A stretch of 64,000 nucleotides of DNA from Alphaproteobacteria bacterium (GTDB taxonomy: Bacteria > Pseudomonadota > Alphaproteobacteria > UBA828), in NCBI GenBank assembly GCA_022826665.1, contig JAJDUK010000024.1:78068-142067 (forward strand). Reading direction: 5' to 3'. The notes beneath the pieces were generated by a model that did not search any database, had not been told where the DNA came from, and saw nothing but the letters and a program-made list of their open reading frames with translations. Position numbers and translations under genes: made by a program. Below, piece by piece: positions 50,875 through 60,990 of the stretch (the first letter of the stretch is position 1; the number at the start of each line of letters is the position of its first letter).

Positions 50875-51210
50875 TCAGGCGCGACCACGCCTGCGGCGGC
50901 GCTTTTGAGCACTCTCAAGCGCCGACGAGAGCTGGGCGTAGCCCAGCACGGCAATGATTGGAAACACGCTGGCGAAGGCGATGGGTCCGAAGCCGTCGAA
51001 CAGAGGGCTTCGCCCAGGCACATTGGCGGCAAGGCCGAGGCCGAGTGCAGCGACCAGCGGCACCGTGACTGTCGAGGTCGTGACGCCGCCGGGGTCCGCC
51101 AAGCGGCGGCGCGGGACGGTGATCTGGAAGAAGAGAACGAGTCCGACCAGCGGGGCAACGTCCTGCACCGTATCGAGGCCGGCGGACAGTATGAGAGAGA
51201 TCAGCTCCAT
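50875..51210 (-). pseudogene. In-frame deleted DUF1538 copy (first ~33 plus last ~62 codons of paralog B fused); possible remnant or mini-protein
   Basis: The 111-aa [39 protein letters not shown]|[35 protein letters not shown]... aligns to residues 1-33 and 201-262 of the 50060..50848 product. The nucleotide sequence is about 80% identical over both blocks. Confidence 0.6.
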
Positions 51211-51221
51211 CGCGCCGCGCC

Positions 51222-52151
51222 CTAAGTCACCATGCCGAAGATGAGCACGAAGATGATGGGCGTGAGGCTGGCGTAGGCGATGAGCCCGAAGCCGTCGATC
51301 AGCGGGTTGCGCCCGCGGATCGACGCGGCCAGGCCAACGCCGAGGGCCGTCACCATGGGCACGGTGATGGTGGACGTCGTGACCCCGCCGGAATCGTAGG
51401 CAATCCCGACGATCTCGTCGGGCGCGATAAAGGTTAGGCCGACGGCGATGATGTAGCCACCGATGATCCAGTAGTGGAGCGGCCAGCCCTTGAGAATGCG
51501 GAGCACACCGAGCGTGATACCGACGCCGACCGAGATGGCGACCGTGTAGCGCAGCCCGAGCGCGTAAGAGTCCATCGCGTCCGGATCGGCGGCGACGACC
51601 CCGGCCTCGGCGGCAACCCGGGCGGCCTCCGCCGTAACGGCGATCAGCGCCGGCTCCGCGACCGTGGTCCCGAAGCCGAGCGCGAAGGCAAAGACGAGCA
51701 GCCAGAACAGACTGCCCTTCTGCGCGAAGCCCTGGGCCAGACCCTCGCCGAGCGGGAAGAGGCCCATTTCCAGGCCCTTGATGAAGAGCGCGAGCCCAAG
51801 CATCACGAGCACGAGGCCGCCGACGATGCCGCCAAGATCGGGGAAGGGTTGGCGCAGAATCGCGACCTGGAAGACTGCGACCACGGCGATGATCGGCGCC
51901 AGATCGCGCAGCGTGCCGAGCACGAGGCCGGCGAAGGAAATGAGTCCGGCCGCCAGTCGATACTTCTTCAACTGGTCGAGTTCACGCGTCACTCGACGAC
52001 CAATTCTGGTCACGGCATCGGAAGGCGCATTCATTGCGACTCGGGGTCCGACTGGTTCGCCATATAACCACACGGCCACAGAGCGAAAAGCCACGGGGCC
52101 GCCACAGGACTCGGCAAGGTCGCGGGCTACGGAATCGAGATTGGGAAACAA
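51222..52151 (-). CDS. DUF1538 family integral membrane protein (paralog A, with N-terminal cytoplasmic extension)
   Basis: 309 aa with the same conserved blocks ([41 protein letters not shown]). The start may be an internal Met. Confidence 0.7.
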   Translation of the reverse strand: MFPNLDSVARDLAESCGGPVAFRSVAVWLYGEPVGPRVAMNAPSDAVTRIGRRVTRELDQLKKYRLAAGLISFAGLVLGTLRDLAPIIAVVAVFQVAILRQPFPDLGGIVGGLVLVMLGLALFIKGLEMGLFPLGEGLAQGFAQKGSLFWLLVFAFALGFGTTVAEPALIAVTAEAARVAAEAGVVAADPDAMDSYALGLRYTVAISVGVGITLGVLRILKGWPLHYWIIGGYIIAVGLTFIAPDEIVGIAYDSGGVTTSTITVPMVTALGVGLAASIRGRNPLIDGFGLIAYASLTPIIFVLIFGMVT

Positions 52152-52231
52152 TCCTGCTACGTTTGACGGACAGTTCTCGTTACTTACCCGTGACCGAGGG
52201 CGTAGAGGCGACGGAACGGCAGGGGGAAACC

Positions 52232-52954
52232 ATGGGGATCGACATCAACTGCGACATGGGCGAGGCCTACAGCATCTACACCTGCGGCGACGACGAGGCG
52301 ATCATGCCCTACATCACCTCGGCGAACGTCGCCTGCGGCTTTCACGCCTCGGACCCCGGCGTGATGCACGAGACCATCGTGCTCGCCAAGAAGCACGGCG
52401 TGAAGGTGGGGGCTCACCCGTCGTTTCCGGATCGGGACGGCTTCGGCCGGCGCTACATGAAGATGGATCGCAAGGAGCTGCGCGACGCCATCATCTATCA
52501 GTGCGGCGCGCTGAAGGGCTTCCTCGAAATGGAGGGGATGACCCTCAATCACCTGAAGCCCCACGGCGCGCTCTACGGCGCCGCCTGGATCGACGAAGAC
52601 GTGGCCACCGCATGCGCCGAGGCGGCACAGGTCTTCGGCGTGCCCATGTACGGCACCACCGGCACCATGCACGAGACCATCTGGCCCAAGTACGCGGATG
52701 TCGTGTGGGAGATCTTCGCCGACCTCGACTATGACGACGAGGGCCGCTGCATCATCACGCGCGAGCACAAGTCGGTGGCGCCGGAGCAGGCGGTGGCGCA
52801 GATCATGCGCGTGGTGAAGGACGGCGTGATCCGCTCCGTCAATGGCAAAGACGTACCAACGAAGGCGGAGACGATCTGCGTCCATTCGGACACGCCGGGC
52901 GCCGTCGCGGTCGCCAAGGCCGTGCGCGACGCGGTCGATCCCTACATCGAATAG
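52232..52954 (+). CDS. LamB/YcsF family protein (5-oxoprolinase subunit A homolog)
   Basis: [11 protein letters not shown] ... ACGFHASDP ... LKPHGALYG, 240 aa. No pxpB/pxpC partner genes nearby. The track ORF is spuriously extended upstream. Confidence 0.8.
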   Translation: MGIDINCDMGEAYSIYTCGDDEAIMPYITSANVACGFHASDPGVMHETIVLAKKHGVKVGAHPSFPDRDGFGRRYMKMDRKELRDAIIYQCGALKGFLEMEGMTLNHLKPHGALYGAAWIDEDVATACAEAAQVFGVPMYGTTGTMHETIWPKYADVVWEIFADLDYDDEGRCIITREHKSVAPEQAVAQIMRVVKDGVIRSVNGKDVPTKAETICVHSDTPGAVAVAKAVRDAVDPYIE

Positions 52955-52962
52955 GACAGGAC

Positions 52963-54369
52963 ATGAACACGGCAACATCACAGGCGGCGGCGAGCGCCGA
53001 CCTGCTCGCCTCCAACTCCGGCATCGTTCAGGCCTACCTGACGAAGACGCCCGGCTCGGCGGCGCTCGCATCCGAGGCCAGGGACATCCTGCCCTCCGGC
53101 ATCGTCCACGATGCGCGCCACATGCAGCCCTACGGCATCTACGTCACGCGGGCCGAGGGCTCGCGCAAGTGGGACCGGGACGGCAACGAGTATGTCGACT
53201 ATGCCGGCGGCCACGGCGCCCTGCTGCTCGGCCACGGCCGGCCGGAGGTGCTCGCCGCGATCCAGGAGGCGTTGCCCGACGGCACGCACCCAGGCGCCAA
53301 CCATGAGCGCGAGGTACGCTGGGCGCAGATCGTGCGCGAAATGGTGCCGTGCGCGGAACGGGTGCGCTTCACCTCCTCCGGCACCGAGGCGACGCACATG
53401 GCGCTCCGCCTCGCCCGCGCGCACACCGGCAAGCACAAGATCGCGCGCTTCAAGGGCCACTTCCACGGCTGGCACGACCACATGACCTCCGGCTACATCT
53501 CGCATTTCGACGGTTCGCCAACGGCCGGCGTGCTGCCGGACCTCGCGTCCCAGGTGATCCTGCTGCCGCCCGGTGACAAGGAGGCCGCGCGCACCGCGTT
53601 CGAGGCCGACGACGACATCGCTGCGGCGATCCTGGAGCCGACCGGCGGCTCCTTCGGGCTCGTGCCCCACGCGTTCGAGTTTCTTGGCTTCCTGCGGGAG
53701 CTGACGGCGAAGCACGGCGTGGTGCTGATCTTCGACGAGGTGATTACCGGCTTCCGCGTCGCCCCCGGTGGCGCGCAGGGGTATTTCGGCGTCACGCCTG
53801 ACATGAGCACCCACGCCAAGATCATCGCGGGCGGCCTGCCGGGCGGGGCTGTGGCGGGGCGCAAGGAGATCCTCGACGACCTGGACTTCTACGAGACCAA
53901 GGCAAGCGGCCGCGAGAAGATCTTTCACCCCGGCACCTTCAACGCGAACCCCGTCTCCGCCGCAGCCGGCACGGCCGCGCTCGAGATCGTGCGGGATTCG
54001 GACGCGTGCGAGCGGGCAACGGCCTTCGGTGCCGAGCTGCGGGCCGGACTCAACGGGGTGCTGGAGGACGAAGGCGTGCCCTGGTCGGTCTACGGCACCT
54101 TCTCCTCCTTCCACCTCTTCATGAACCCGCGCGGGCGTGCGATCACGCCGTCGACCTTCGATCCCCTCGAGATCGACTATGCCGAGCTCAAGGAGCGCCC
54201 ACCGGAACTGGTCAACAAGATCCGCCTCGGCCTGCTGGTGAACGGCGTGGACATTCAGGGCTGGCCCGGCGGCATGACCTCGGCCGCCAACACCGCCGAC
54301 GATCTCCCCGTCACCGTCGACGCCTTCCGCGAGACCATCCGCATGTTGCGCCGGGAAGGCGAGCTCTAG
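52963..54369 (+). CDS. Class-III (GSA-aminomutase-like) PLP aminotransferase, candidate to supply the BioA step
   Basis: 468 aa. DYAGGHGALLLGHGRPEV ... FDEVITGFRV ... the PLP-lysine region of the AT-III family. Located immediately upstream of bioF-bioD. Confidence 0.75.
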   Translation: MNTATSQAAASADLLASNSGIVQAYLTKTPGSAALASEARDILPSGIVHDARHMQPYGIYVTRAEGSRKWDRDGNEYVDYAGGHGALLLGHGRPEVLAAIQEALPDGTHPGANHEREVRWAQIVREMVPCAERVRFTSSGTEATHMALRLARAHTGKHKIARFKGHFHGWHDHMTSGYISHFDGSPTAGVLPDLASQVILLPPGDKEAARTAFEADDDIAAAILEPTGGSFGLVPHAFEFLGFLRELTAKHGVVLIFDEVITGFRVAPGGAQGYFGVTPDMSTHAKIIAGGLPGGAVAGRKEILDDLDFYETKASGREKIFHPGTFNANPVSAAAGTAALEIVRDSDACERATAFGAELRAGLNGVLEDEGVPWSVYGTFSSFHLFMNPRGRAITPSTFDPLEIDYAELKERPPELVNKIRLGLLVNGVDIQGWPGGMTSAANTADDLPVTVDAFRETIRMLRREGEL

Positions 54370-54405
54370 CCGCCAAGCGCGCGGCACCGCCGCCTCGGCG
54401 CGGGA

Positions 54406-55575
54406 GTGCGCATGGATACGCTCGAACGCTTCGCCGAGGACAAGCTCGCCGCTCTGGCGGAGCGGCAGCTGCGCCGCACCGTTCACGAGACCGCGCCGTG
54501 CGGGCCGGTCGAGGTGAGACGCAACGGCCGACGGTTGATCTCTTTCTGCAGCAACGACTACCTCAACCTGTCGCAGCACCCGGCGGTCAAGCGGGCCGCC
54601 ATCGAGGCCACCGAGCGCTGGGGGGCAGGTGCCGGCGCGTCGCGGCTGGTGACCGGCAACCATCCCCTCTTCGCGGCGTTGGAACGCCGCCTCGCTCGGC
54701 TCAAGGGTACCGACGACGCCTGCGTCTTCGGCTCGGGCTACCTTGCCAACCTCGGCATCATTCCGAGCCTCGTCGGTGCCGGCGACCTGATCGTGGCCGA
54801 CGAGCTAAGCCACGCGTGCCTGCGCGCGGGCGCGGCGCTCTCGCAGTCGCGTGTCGAGATTTTCCGGCACAACGATCTCGACCATGCGGAGGCTTTGCTG
54901 GCGGAGCACCGCGCCGGTCACGAGCGCGCGTTGCTGCTCACCGACGGCGTGTTCAGCATGGATGGCGACCTCGCGCCGGTGACAGCGCTTGCCGAGATTG
55001 CGTCGGCCCACGACACCTGGTTGATGACTGACGACGCCCACGGTATCGGCGTGGTCGGCGGCGGGCGCGGATCGAGCTTTGCCGGCGGCGCGAAGATCGA
55101 GGTGCCGCTGCAGATGGGCACGCTGTCGAAAGCAGTCGGCAGCTACGGCGGCTATCTCTGCGCCTCGCAGCCGGTGATCGACCTGATTCGCACCCGCGCG
55201 CGGCCCTTCATCTATTCCACCGGCCTGCCGCCGGGCGTGGTCGCCGCGAGCATCGCGGCCCTCGACCTGATCGCGAACGACCCGGACCTTGTCGCGGCGC
55301 CGCTGCGCAAGGCGTTGCTCTTCTGCACGCGTCTCAACCTGCCGGCGCCGGAGAGCTGCATCGTGCCGATCCTGCTCGGCGCGCCGGAGCGCGCGCTTGC
55401 GGCCTCGCGACTGCTGGAAGACGAGGGTTTCCTCGTTACCGCGATCCGCCCGCCGACGGTGCCCGAGCGCACGGCGCGGCTCCGGCTCACCTTCAGCGCC
55501 GGCCACGACGACACCGACATCGAGCGGCTGTCGGACATCGTTCGCGAACGCATCCTCGACCGGGACCAGCCATGA
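54406..55575 (+). CDS. bioF: 8-amino-7-oxononanoate synthase
   Basis: SNDYLNL ... GSGYLANLG ... MGTLSKAVGSYGGY (PLP lysine), 389 aa. Confidence 0.88.
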   Translation: MRMDTLERFAEDKLAALAERQLRRTVHETAPCGPVEVRRNGRRLISFCSNDYLNLSQHPAVKRAAIEATERWGAGAGASRLVTGNHPLFAALERRLARLKGTDDACVFGSGYLANLGIIPSLVGAGDLIVADELSHACLRAGAALSQSRVEIFRHNDLDHAEALLAEHRAGHERALLLTDGVFSMDGDLAPVTALAEIASAHDTWLMTDDAHGIGVVGGGRGSSFAGGAKIEVPLQMGTLSKAVGSYGGYLCASQPVIDLIRTRARPFIYSTGLPPGVVAASIAALDLIANDPDLVAAPLRKALLFCTRLNLPAPESCIVPILLGAPERALAASRLLEDEGFLVTAIRPPTVPERTARLRLTFSAGHDDTDIERLSDIVRERILDRDQP

Positions 55576-56255
55576 GCACGCTCTTCGTCACCGCCACGGG
55601 CACCGAGATCGGCAAGACCCTGGTCGCGGCCGCGCTTTGCCACGAGCTTCGCGCGGCGGGGCGGCCCGTGCGCGCGCTCAAGCCGGTGCTCAGCGGGTAC
55701 GACCCGGCGACGCTCGCGGTGAGCGACCCCGGCATCCTCCTCGCGAGCCTGGGCGAGGCCGTCACCGAGGCGGCGGTCGCCGAGATCACGCCCTGGCGCT
55801 TCGCAGCCCCGCTCTCGCCCGACATGGCCGCGGCCCGCGAGGGGCGCCGCCTCGACCTGGCAGAGATCGTCGCCTACTGCCGGGCCGTCCAAGGCGATCC
55901 GTTGCTGATCGAGGGCATCGGCGGCGCCATGGTGCCGCTGAACGACGAGCACACCGTGCTCGACTGGATCGCGGCGCTCGGCGCGCCGGCGCTGGTGGTG
56001 GCGGGCAGCTACCTCGGCACCATCAGCCACACGCTCACCACGCTCGCGGCCATACGCGGGCGCGGCATCGAGGTCGCCGGTCTCGTCATCAGCGAATCGC
56101 CGGAGAGCCCGGTGCCCCCGGCGGAGACGGCGGAAACCATCGCGAAGCACGCAGGCCCGCTACCCATCGCGCATGTGCCGCGTCTCTCCGCCTCCCCCGC
56201 CCCCTGGCGCGAGGCCCCTCCCCTCGCCCGCGCGCTGGGCCTCCTGGAAGCCTGA
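55572..56255 (+). CDS. bioD: Dethiobiotin synthase
   Basis: FVTATGTEIGKT P-loop ... IEGIGG, 227 aa, 4-nt overlap with bioF. Confidence 0.85.
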   Translation: MSTLFVTATGTEIGKTLVAAALCHELRAAGRPVRALKPVLSGYDPATLAVSDPGILLASLGEAVTEAAVAEITPWRFAAPLSPDMAAAREGRRLDLAEIVAYCRAVQGDPLLIEGIGGAMVPLNDEHTVLDWIAALGAPALVVAGSYLGTISHTLTTLAAIRGRGIEVAGLVISESPESPVPPAETAETIAKHAGPLPIAHVPRLSASPAPWREAPPLARALGLLEA

Positions 56256-56580
56256 ACGGCAGCCTGCTCGGAAATCTCACTCCCCCGCTCCGCCGTTATT
56301 CGGCGCAACGAGTGCCGATCGGATCACCCTGCCATCACCTGCAACACATACGGTTCGCAATGTTGGGGATATGATATGTCGGTATATCATGTGCGATTGA
56401 CTACCCGTTCCACCTATGCGACTCTTGCGCACCGAATATCAGAGAATTTTTAACAACACGCTTTGAAATTTCACAAAGGGCAACTCGTTGCTTTGTTTGG
56501 CAATCGGCTGGCAGTGGCAGGAGAGCGAATCATCGGTCCGCGACCGCTCTCGAAGCCGCACGAATTGGGAATAGGATCGT

Positions 56581-56832
56581 ATGGATCGCGGCCATACGGA
56601 GAATACGCATAGCCGGCGCAAGAGCGGCGTCGAAAGCATCGGCATGGCGGAGCCCGATCCGCGCAACCGCCAAAGCAATCGGTATGCGATCCGCTATGGT
56701 CTCGTACTCCTGTTCGTTGCGTTGGGTGTCGGTCTCGCCGCTGCGCTGTTTCTGACCGTCGGTTCGGCGCGTGCCGATAACACGCTTGAAAGCCTGATCG
56801 AACGCTCGGACTGTCGCGACGCCGCGCTCTGA
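56581..56832 (+). CDS. Candidate small single-TM protein in a lower-GC intergenic islet
   Basis: 83 aa with one hydrophobic helix [23 protein letters not shown]. Codon third-position GC is visibly lower than in neighbouring genes. No homology recognisable. Confidence 0.3.
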   Translation: MDRGHTENTHSRRKSGVESIGMAEPDPRNRQSNRYAIRYGLVLLFVALGVGLAAALFLTVGSARADNTLESLIERSDCRDAAL

Positions 56833-56863
56833 TCCTCCGAATCAGGAGCCCGGCACTCAACCA

Positions 56864-59098
56864 TTACAGGAAACGGTTGGCGGCGGGGAAGCCGCGCGGC
56901 GCGGCACGGCCGGCCTGACCGCGCTTGCCGTGCCACTGGTCCAGCGCCGTCTCGGTGCGGACGCCCGTGCCGGAACGCCAGCGCAGCCCCGCCGCGCCGT
57001 CGAACACCTGCGCGTCCGAGAGCGCTGCATCGCGGTAGCGCTGCAGGATCACGCCGCGGCCGCGCGCCATGGTCGGCACCTCGGCAGCCGGGAAGATCAC
57101 CAGCCGCCGGTTGGTGCCGACGACCGCGACCCAGTCGCCGGCGGCCTCGACACAGACCGCAGCCTCCGCTCCTTGTGACGGGTTGAGCACCTGCCGCCCG
57201 GTGCGGGTCTGCGCCACCACGTCATCCTCGGGCACGAAGAAGCCGCGCCCGTCGCTCGCCGCCACCAAAAGCCGCCGGCCGGGGCGGTGGGCGAAGAGCG
57301 CGACCGCCTCGTGATCGTTGCCGAGATCGACCATGAGGCGCACGGGCTCGCCGAAGCCCCGCCCGCCGGGAAGCCGATCCGCCGCGAGCGTGTAAAAGCG
57401 CCCGTTGGTGGCGAAGAGCAGCAGCTTGTCCGTGGTCTCGGCATGGAAGCGGAAGCGCTCGCGGTCGCCATCCTTGTAGCGCACCGCCGAGTCTGCCTCG
57501 GCATGGCCCTTGACCGCGCGAATCCACCCCTTCGCCGAGCAGATCACGGTGATCGGCTCGCGTTCCACCAGCGCCTCCACCGGGACTTCCTGCGGCAGCG
57601 GCGCCTCGCCGATGGCGGTTCGCCGCGCGCCGAGCGCGGTCTCCTGCCCGAAGCGCGTCTTCATATCCGCGATTTCTGCGGCGAGCGCGGTCTTCTGCCG
57701 GCGGGTGCTGTTCGCGAGCTTCTCCAACTGGCCGCGCTCCGCCTCCAGCGCCTCGTGCTCGCGCCTGATCGCCGCCTCCTCGAGCCGCCGTAGTGCGCGC
57801 AGGCGCATGTTGAGGATCGCGTCCGCCTGCACGTCGTTGATCTCGAACGCGGCCATCAGCGCGGGCCTGGGCTCGTCCTCCTCGCGGACGATGCGGATTA
57901 CCTCGTCGAGATTGAGGTAGGCGACGAGATAGCCGCCGAGCACGTCGAGCCGGTGGGCGATCGCCGCCAGACGATGGGCGGTGCGCCGCAGCAGAACCTC
58001 GCGCCGGTGATCGAGAAACGCCTGCAGCACCTGCTTGAGCGTCATCACGCGGGGTACACCCGCCGCATCCAGCACGTTCATGTTGAGGCCGATGCGGGTC
58101 TCCAGCTCGGTCTGGCGGAACAGCATCTCCATCAGCAGCTCGGCCTCGACCGTGCGGCTCTTGGGCTCCAGCACTATGCGCACGTCCTCGGCCGATTCGT
58201 CCCGCACGTCCGCCAGCAGGGCGAGCTTGCGGGCCTGCAGAAGCTCGGCGATGCGCTCGATTAGCCGCGCCTTCTGCACCTGATAGGGAATTTCGGTGAC
58301 CGCGATCTGGTACTGGCCGCGGCCGATGTTCTCCTTCTCCCAGCGTGCGCGGACCCGGAAACCGCCGCGCCCCGTCGCATAGGCCTCGACGATCTGCTCG
58401 CGGTCCTCCACCAGCACGCCACCCGTAGGAAAATCCGGCCCCGGCACCAGCGCCACAAGAGCATCGTCCGAGAGTCTGGGATCTTTCAGGAGCGCGGTGA
58501 GCGCGTCGCAGAGTTCGCCGGCGTTGTGCGGCGGGATGCTGGTGGCGAGGCCCACGGCGATTCCCGTCGCCCCGTTCGCGAGCAGGTTGGGGAAGGCCGC
58601 CGGCAGCACCACCGGCTCGCTGTCGCCGCCGTCGTAGGTCTCGCGGAAGTCGACCGCGTCCTCGTCGAGGCCGTCGAGCAGCGCCTGCGCGACCTCGGTG
58701 AGCCGCGCCTCGGTGTAGCGCATCGCCGCAGCATTATCGCCGTCGACGTTGCCGAAGTTGCCCTGCCCCTCGACCAGCGCATAGCGCGCGGCGAAGGTCT
58801 GCGCGAGCCGCACCAGGGCGTCGTACACCGCGGCATCGCCATGCGGGTGGTACTTGCCGATCACGTCGCCCACGACCCGCGCGCACTTCTTGAAGCCCGC
58901 GTCGGGGTCGAGCTTCAGCGCCCGCATCGCGTAGAGCAGGCGGCGCTGCACCGGCTTGAGCCCGTCGCGCACGTCCGGCAGCGAGCGCGCGGTGATTGTG
59001 GAGAGCGCGTAGGCGAGATAGCGCTCGCTCAGCGCATCGCCGAGCGGCACGGGGTGGACCGCGCCCTCCGTTTCAGCCTCGCCTGCGATTCGCGCCAT
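56864..59098 (-). CDS. parC: DNA topoisomerase IV subunit A
   Basis: 744 aa with a GyrA/ParC N-terminal domain carrying the active-site region and a short C-terminal domain. The length fits ParC rather than GyrA. Confidence 0.88.
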   Translation of the reverse strand: MARIAGEAETEGAVHPVPLGDALSERYLAYALSTITARSLPDVRDGLKPVQRRLLYAMRALKLDPDAGFKKCARVVGDVIGKYHPHGDAAVYDALVRLAQTFAARYALVEGQGNFGNVDGDNAAAMRYTEARLTEVAQALLDGLDEDAVDFRETYDGGDSEPVVLPAAFPNLLANGATGIAVGLATSIPPHNAGELCDALTALLKDPRLSDDALVALVPGPDFPTGGVLVEDREQIVEAYATGRGGFRVRARWEKENIGRGQYQIAVTEIPYQVQKARLIERIAELLQARKLALLADVRDESAEDVRIVLEPKSRTVEAELLMEMLFRQTELETRIGLNMNVLDAAGVPRVMTLKQVLQAFLDHRREVLLRRTAHRLAAIAHRLDVLGGYLVAYLNLDEVIRIVREEDEPRPALMAAFEINDVQADAILNMRLRALRRLEEAAIRREHEALEAERGQLEKLANSTRRQKTALAAEIADMKTRFGQETALGARRTAIGEAPLPQEVPVEALVEREPITVICSAKGWIRAVKGHAEADSAVRYKDGDRERFRFHAETTDKLLLFATNGRFYTLAADRLPGGRGFGEPVRLMVDLGNDHEAVALFAHRPGRRLLVAASDGRGFFVPEDDVVAQTRTGRQVLNPSQGAEAAVCVEAAGDWVAVVGTNRRLVIFPAAEVPTMARGRGVILQRYRDAALSDAQVFDGAAGLRWRSGTGVRTETALDQWHGKRGQAGRAAPRGFPAANRFL

Positions 59099-59129
59099 GA
59101 CAGCCGCTATAGCACAGGCGGCGCGCCGG

Positions 59130-59897
59130 TTAAGGGTCTTGCACTATAGGCGCGGCGGGCAACGGCTTCGTGCTTGCCTGAATGCGGTCGATGAAGCGCT
59201 CGCGGGCGGCGGGCATCCGGCCGCCCTGCCCCGCGAACACGTGCTTCTCGAAGAACCATCCGGTCAGCCGCAAGCCCGCGACGATGTCGGCCGCTGCGGC
59301 AGCAGCAGTGTCTTCCGGTCGCGCCAGGAAGGACGGCAGCGGGAGCAGCTTCTCCGCATAGGGCCCGGCGGCCTCTTGCGACACCGCCCGCCCGCTGCGG
59401 GGCGAGACGTAGGCCAGGTCCTCGACCGCCCCGGTCGCCGCACAGGCCGAAAGGTCGAGACCGAAGCCGAGCTCGGCGAGCAGCGCGAACTCCCAGCGCA
59501 CCACTGCCTCGGCCCAGCGCTCGCTCGCTTCCAGCGTGTCGAGCAGCCGCCCGGTGGCGCCGTAGACCTGCGGATAGGGAAGCCGCTCCGGCAGCGTCGC
59601 CTCCGTCAGCGCACAGACGGCGGCGAGCGCCGCGAGACGAGGCGGGTCGTCCAGCAGAAGGCTCGCCCGCGCGCGCACCAGCTCGCAGGTGTAGCGGCCG
59701 AGGTGCTCGGCCAGGCGCGCCTGCCAGCGGGCCGTGAGCGTATTTCCCGGCTGATAGAGCCCGCGCCCCCGTCGGCCGCGCGCGCCATGCACCAGCCCGG
59801 CGTGGCGGCCGTGATGCTCGGTGAGCAGCGAGACGACGGCGGCGTTCTCGCCGTGGCGGCGAGCGGAGAGGACGATCCCCGTATCGCTCCATTCCAT
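59130..59897 (-). CDS. recO: DNA repair protein RecO
   Basis: MEWSDTGIVLSARRHGENAAVVSLLTEHHGRHAGLV is an OB-fold N-terminus typical of RecO, 255 aa. The track ORF is spuriously extended to 60155. Confidence 0.85.
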   Translation of the reverse strand: MEWSDTGIVLSARRHGENAAVVSLLTEHHGRHAGLVHGARGRRGRGLYQPGNTLTARWQARLAEHLGRYTCELVRARASLLLDDPPRLAALAAVCALTEATLPERLPYPQVYGATGRLLDTLEASERWAEAVVRWEFALLAELGFGLDLSACAATGAVEDLAYVSPRSGRAVSQEAAGPYAEKLLPLPSFLARPEDTAAAAAADIVAGLRLTGWFFEKHVFAGQGGRMPAARERFIDRIQASTKPLPAAPIVQDP

Positions 59898-60097
59898 CGC
59901 CTGCCCCCAAAAATCGGCTCCACCGCCGCACCTAAACCAGCGACAGTCGAGATGTAGCACATGAGAGGGACCGGGCCGGCAGGCCCAGACGGCGCGATAG
60001 CGCCGCGCGTGAAGCGCGGAGCCAAGCTCGCGGAGCGAGCGCCCGGCGATTGAGGGAAACGAAGAAAAGCCCGGCACACTTGCAACGCGGCGACCGC

Positions 60098-60205
60098 TTC
60101 GCCACAATCGAAACCGCTCTGGGGGAGCCGTACGCGGCTGAGAGGTCGGACCCACCCCGACGACCCCTTGAACCTGATCCGGTTAGGACCGGCGTAGGAA
60201 ACGAG
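60098..60205 (+). promoter_or_regulatory. TPP (thiamine pyrophosphate) riboswitch, THI element
   Basis: CTCTGGGGGAGCC ... GGCTGAGAG ... ACCCCTTGAACCTGATCCGGTTAGGACCGGCGTAGGAAA matches the conserved THI-box core (GGGG-GCC, CUGAGA, ACCC-U-GAACCUGAUC-GG-UAA-ACC-GCG-AGGGA). Immediately 5' of the ABC ATPase start. Confidence 0.9.
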
Positions 60206-60207
60206 AC

Positions 60208-60975
60208 GTGACCCCACTAGAACACCCACAATCCGAATCGGACCACGCCGTCCGGGTCGAGGGCGCACGCTTCGGCTTCGAGGGCACGCTGCTCTTCGAC
60301 GGCCTGGAGCTCGACCTGGAGCGGGGCCGCTGGACCTGCCTGCTGGGGCCGAGCGGCGTGGGCAAGTCGAGTCTGCTACGGGTCATCGCCGGCCTGGAGC
60401 GACTCGAGTCCGGCAGCCTGAGCGTCCTTGGCGGCGAGTCGGTTGCCTACATGGCGCAGCAGGACCTGCTCATGCCCTGGCTCAGCGCACTCGGCAACGT
60501 CTCCCTCGGCGCACGCTTGCGCGGCGAGAAGCCCGACCGGGCGCGCGCCCTCGCGATGCTGGAGCGCGTAGGCCTCGGCGCCGATGCCGATGCCCTGCCC
60601 CGCACGCTCTCCGGCGGCATGCGCCAGCGCGTGGCACTCGCCCGCACATTGATGGAAGACCGGCCCATCGTGCTCATGGACGAGCCGTTCTCCGCGCTCG
60701 ACGCGATCACGCGGATGCGCTTGCAGGAGCTTGCCGCCGGCCTCCTCGCCGGACGCACGGTGCTGCTGGTGACCCACGACCCGCTGGAGGCGCTCCGGCT
60801 GGGCGAGCGGATCTACGTCATGGCCGGCCGCCCGGCGACTTTGCAGCGTGCCCCCGAGCCCGGCGGCGCACCGCCCCGCAAGCCGGGCGACCGCACCCTC
60901 CAGGCTCAGCACGCCGCGCTGCTGGAACGGCTCACGGCGGCCGACGAGGCCGGCGCCGACTCGCAGCCCCACTGA
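60208..60975 (+). CDS. ABC transporter ATP-binding protein (NitT/TauT family), ThiZ-like
   Basis: Walker A GPSGVGKSS, signature LSGGMRQR, 255 aa. GTG start directly after the riboswitch. Confidence 0.85.
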   Translation: MTPLEHPQSESDHAVRVEGARFGFEGTLLFDGLELDLERGRWTCLLGPSGVGKSSLLRVIAGLERLESGSLSVLGGESVAYMAQQDLLMPWLSALGNVSLGARLRGEKPDRARALAMLERVGLGADADALPRTLSGGMRQRVALARTLMEDRPIVLMDEPFSALDAITRMRLQELAAGLLAGRTVLLVTHDPLEALRLGERIYVMAGRPATLQRAPEPGGAPPRKPGDRTLQAQHAALLERLTAADEAGADSQPH

Positions 60976-60990
60976 TGGCCAGGGCTTGTA

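Noticed and set aside
50875-51210. Calling the truncated DUF1538 ORF a normal independent gene
   Set aside because: It is an exact N-terminus/C-terminus fusion of a neighbouring paralog, missing about 165 central codons including most TM helices. Annotated as a pseudogene/remnant, while noting it could still be expressed.
59898-60155. Upstream extension of the recO track ORF (MGPTSQPRT...)
   Set aside because: The conserved RecO N-terminus begins at MEWSDTGIVL (59897). The extension has no conservation features and would run into the riboswitch-containing divergent region.
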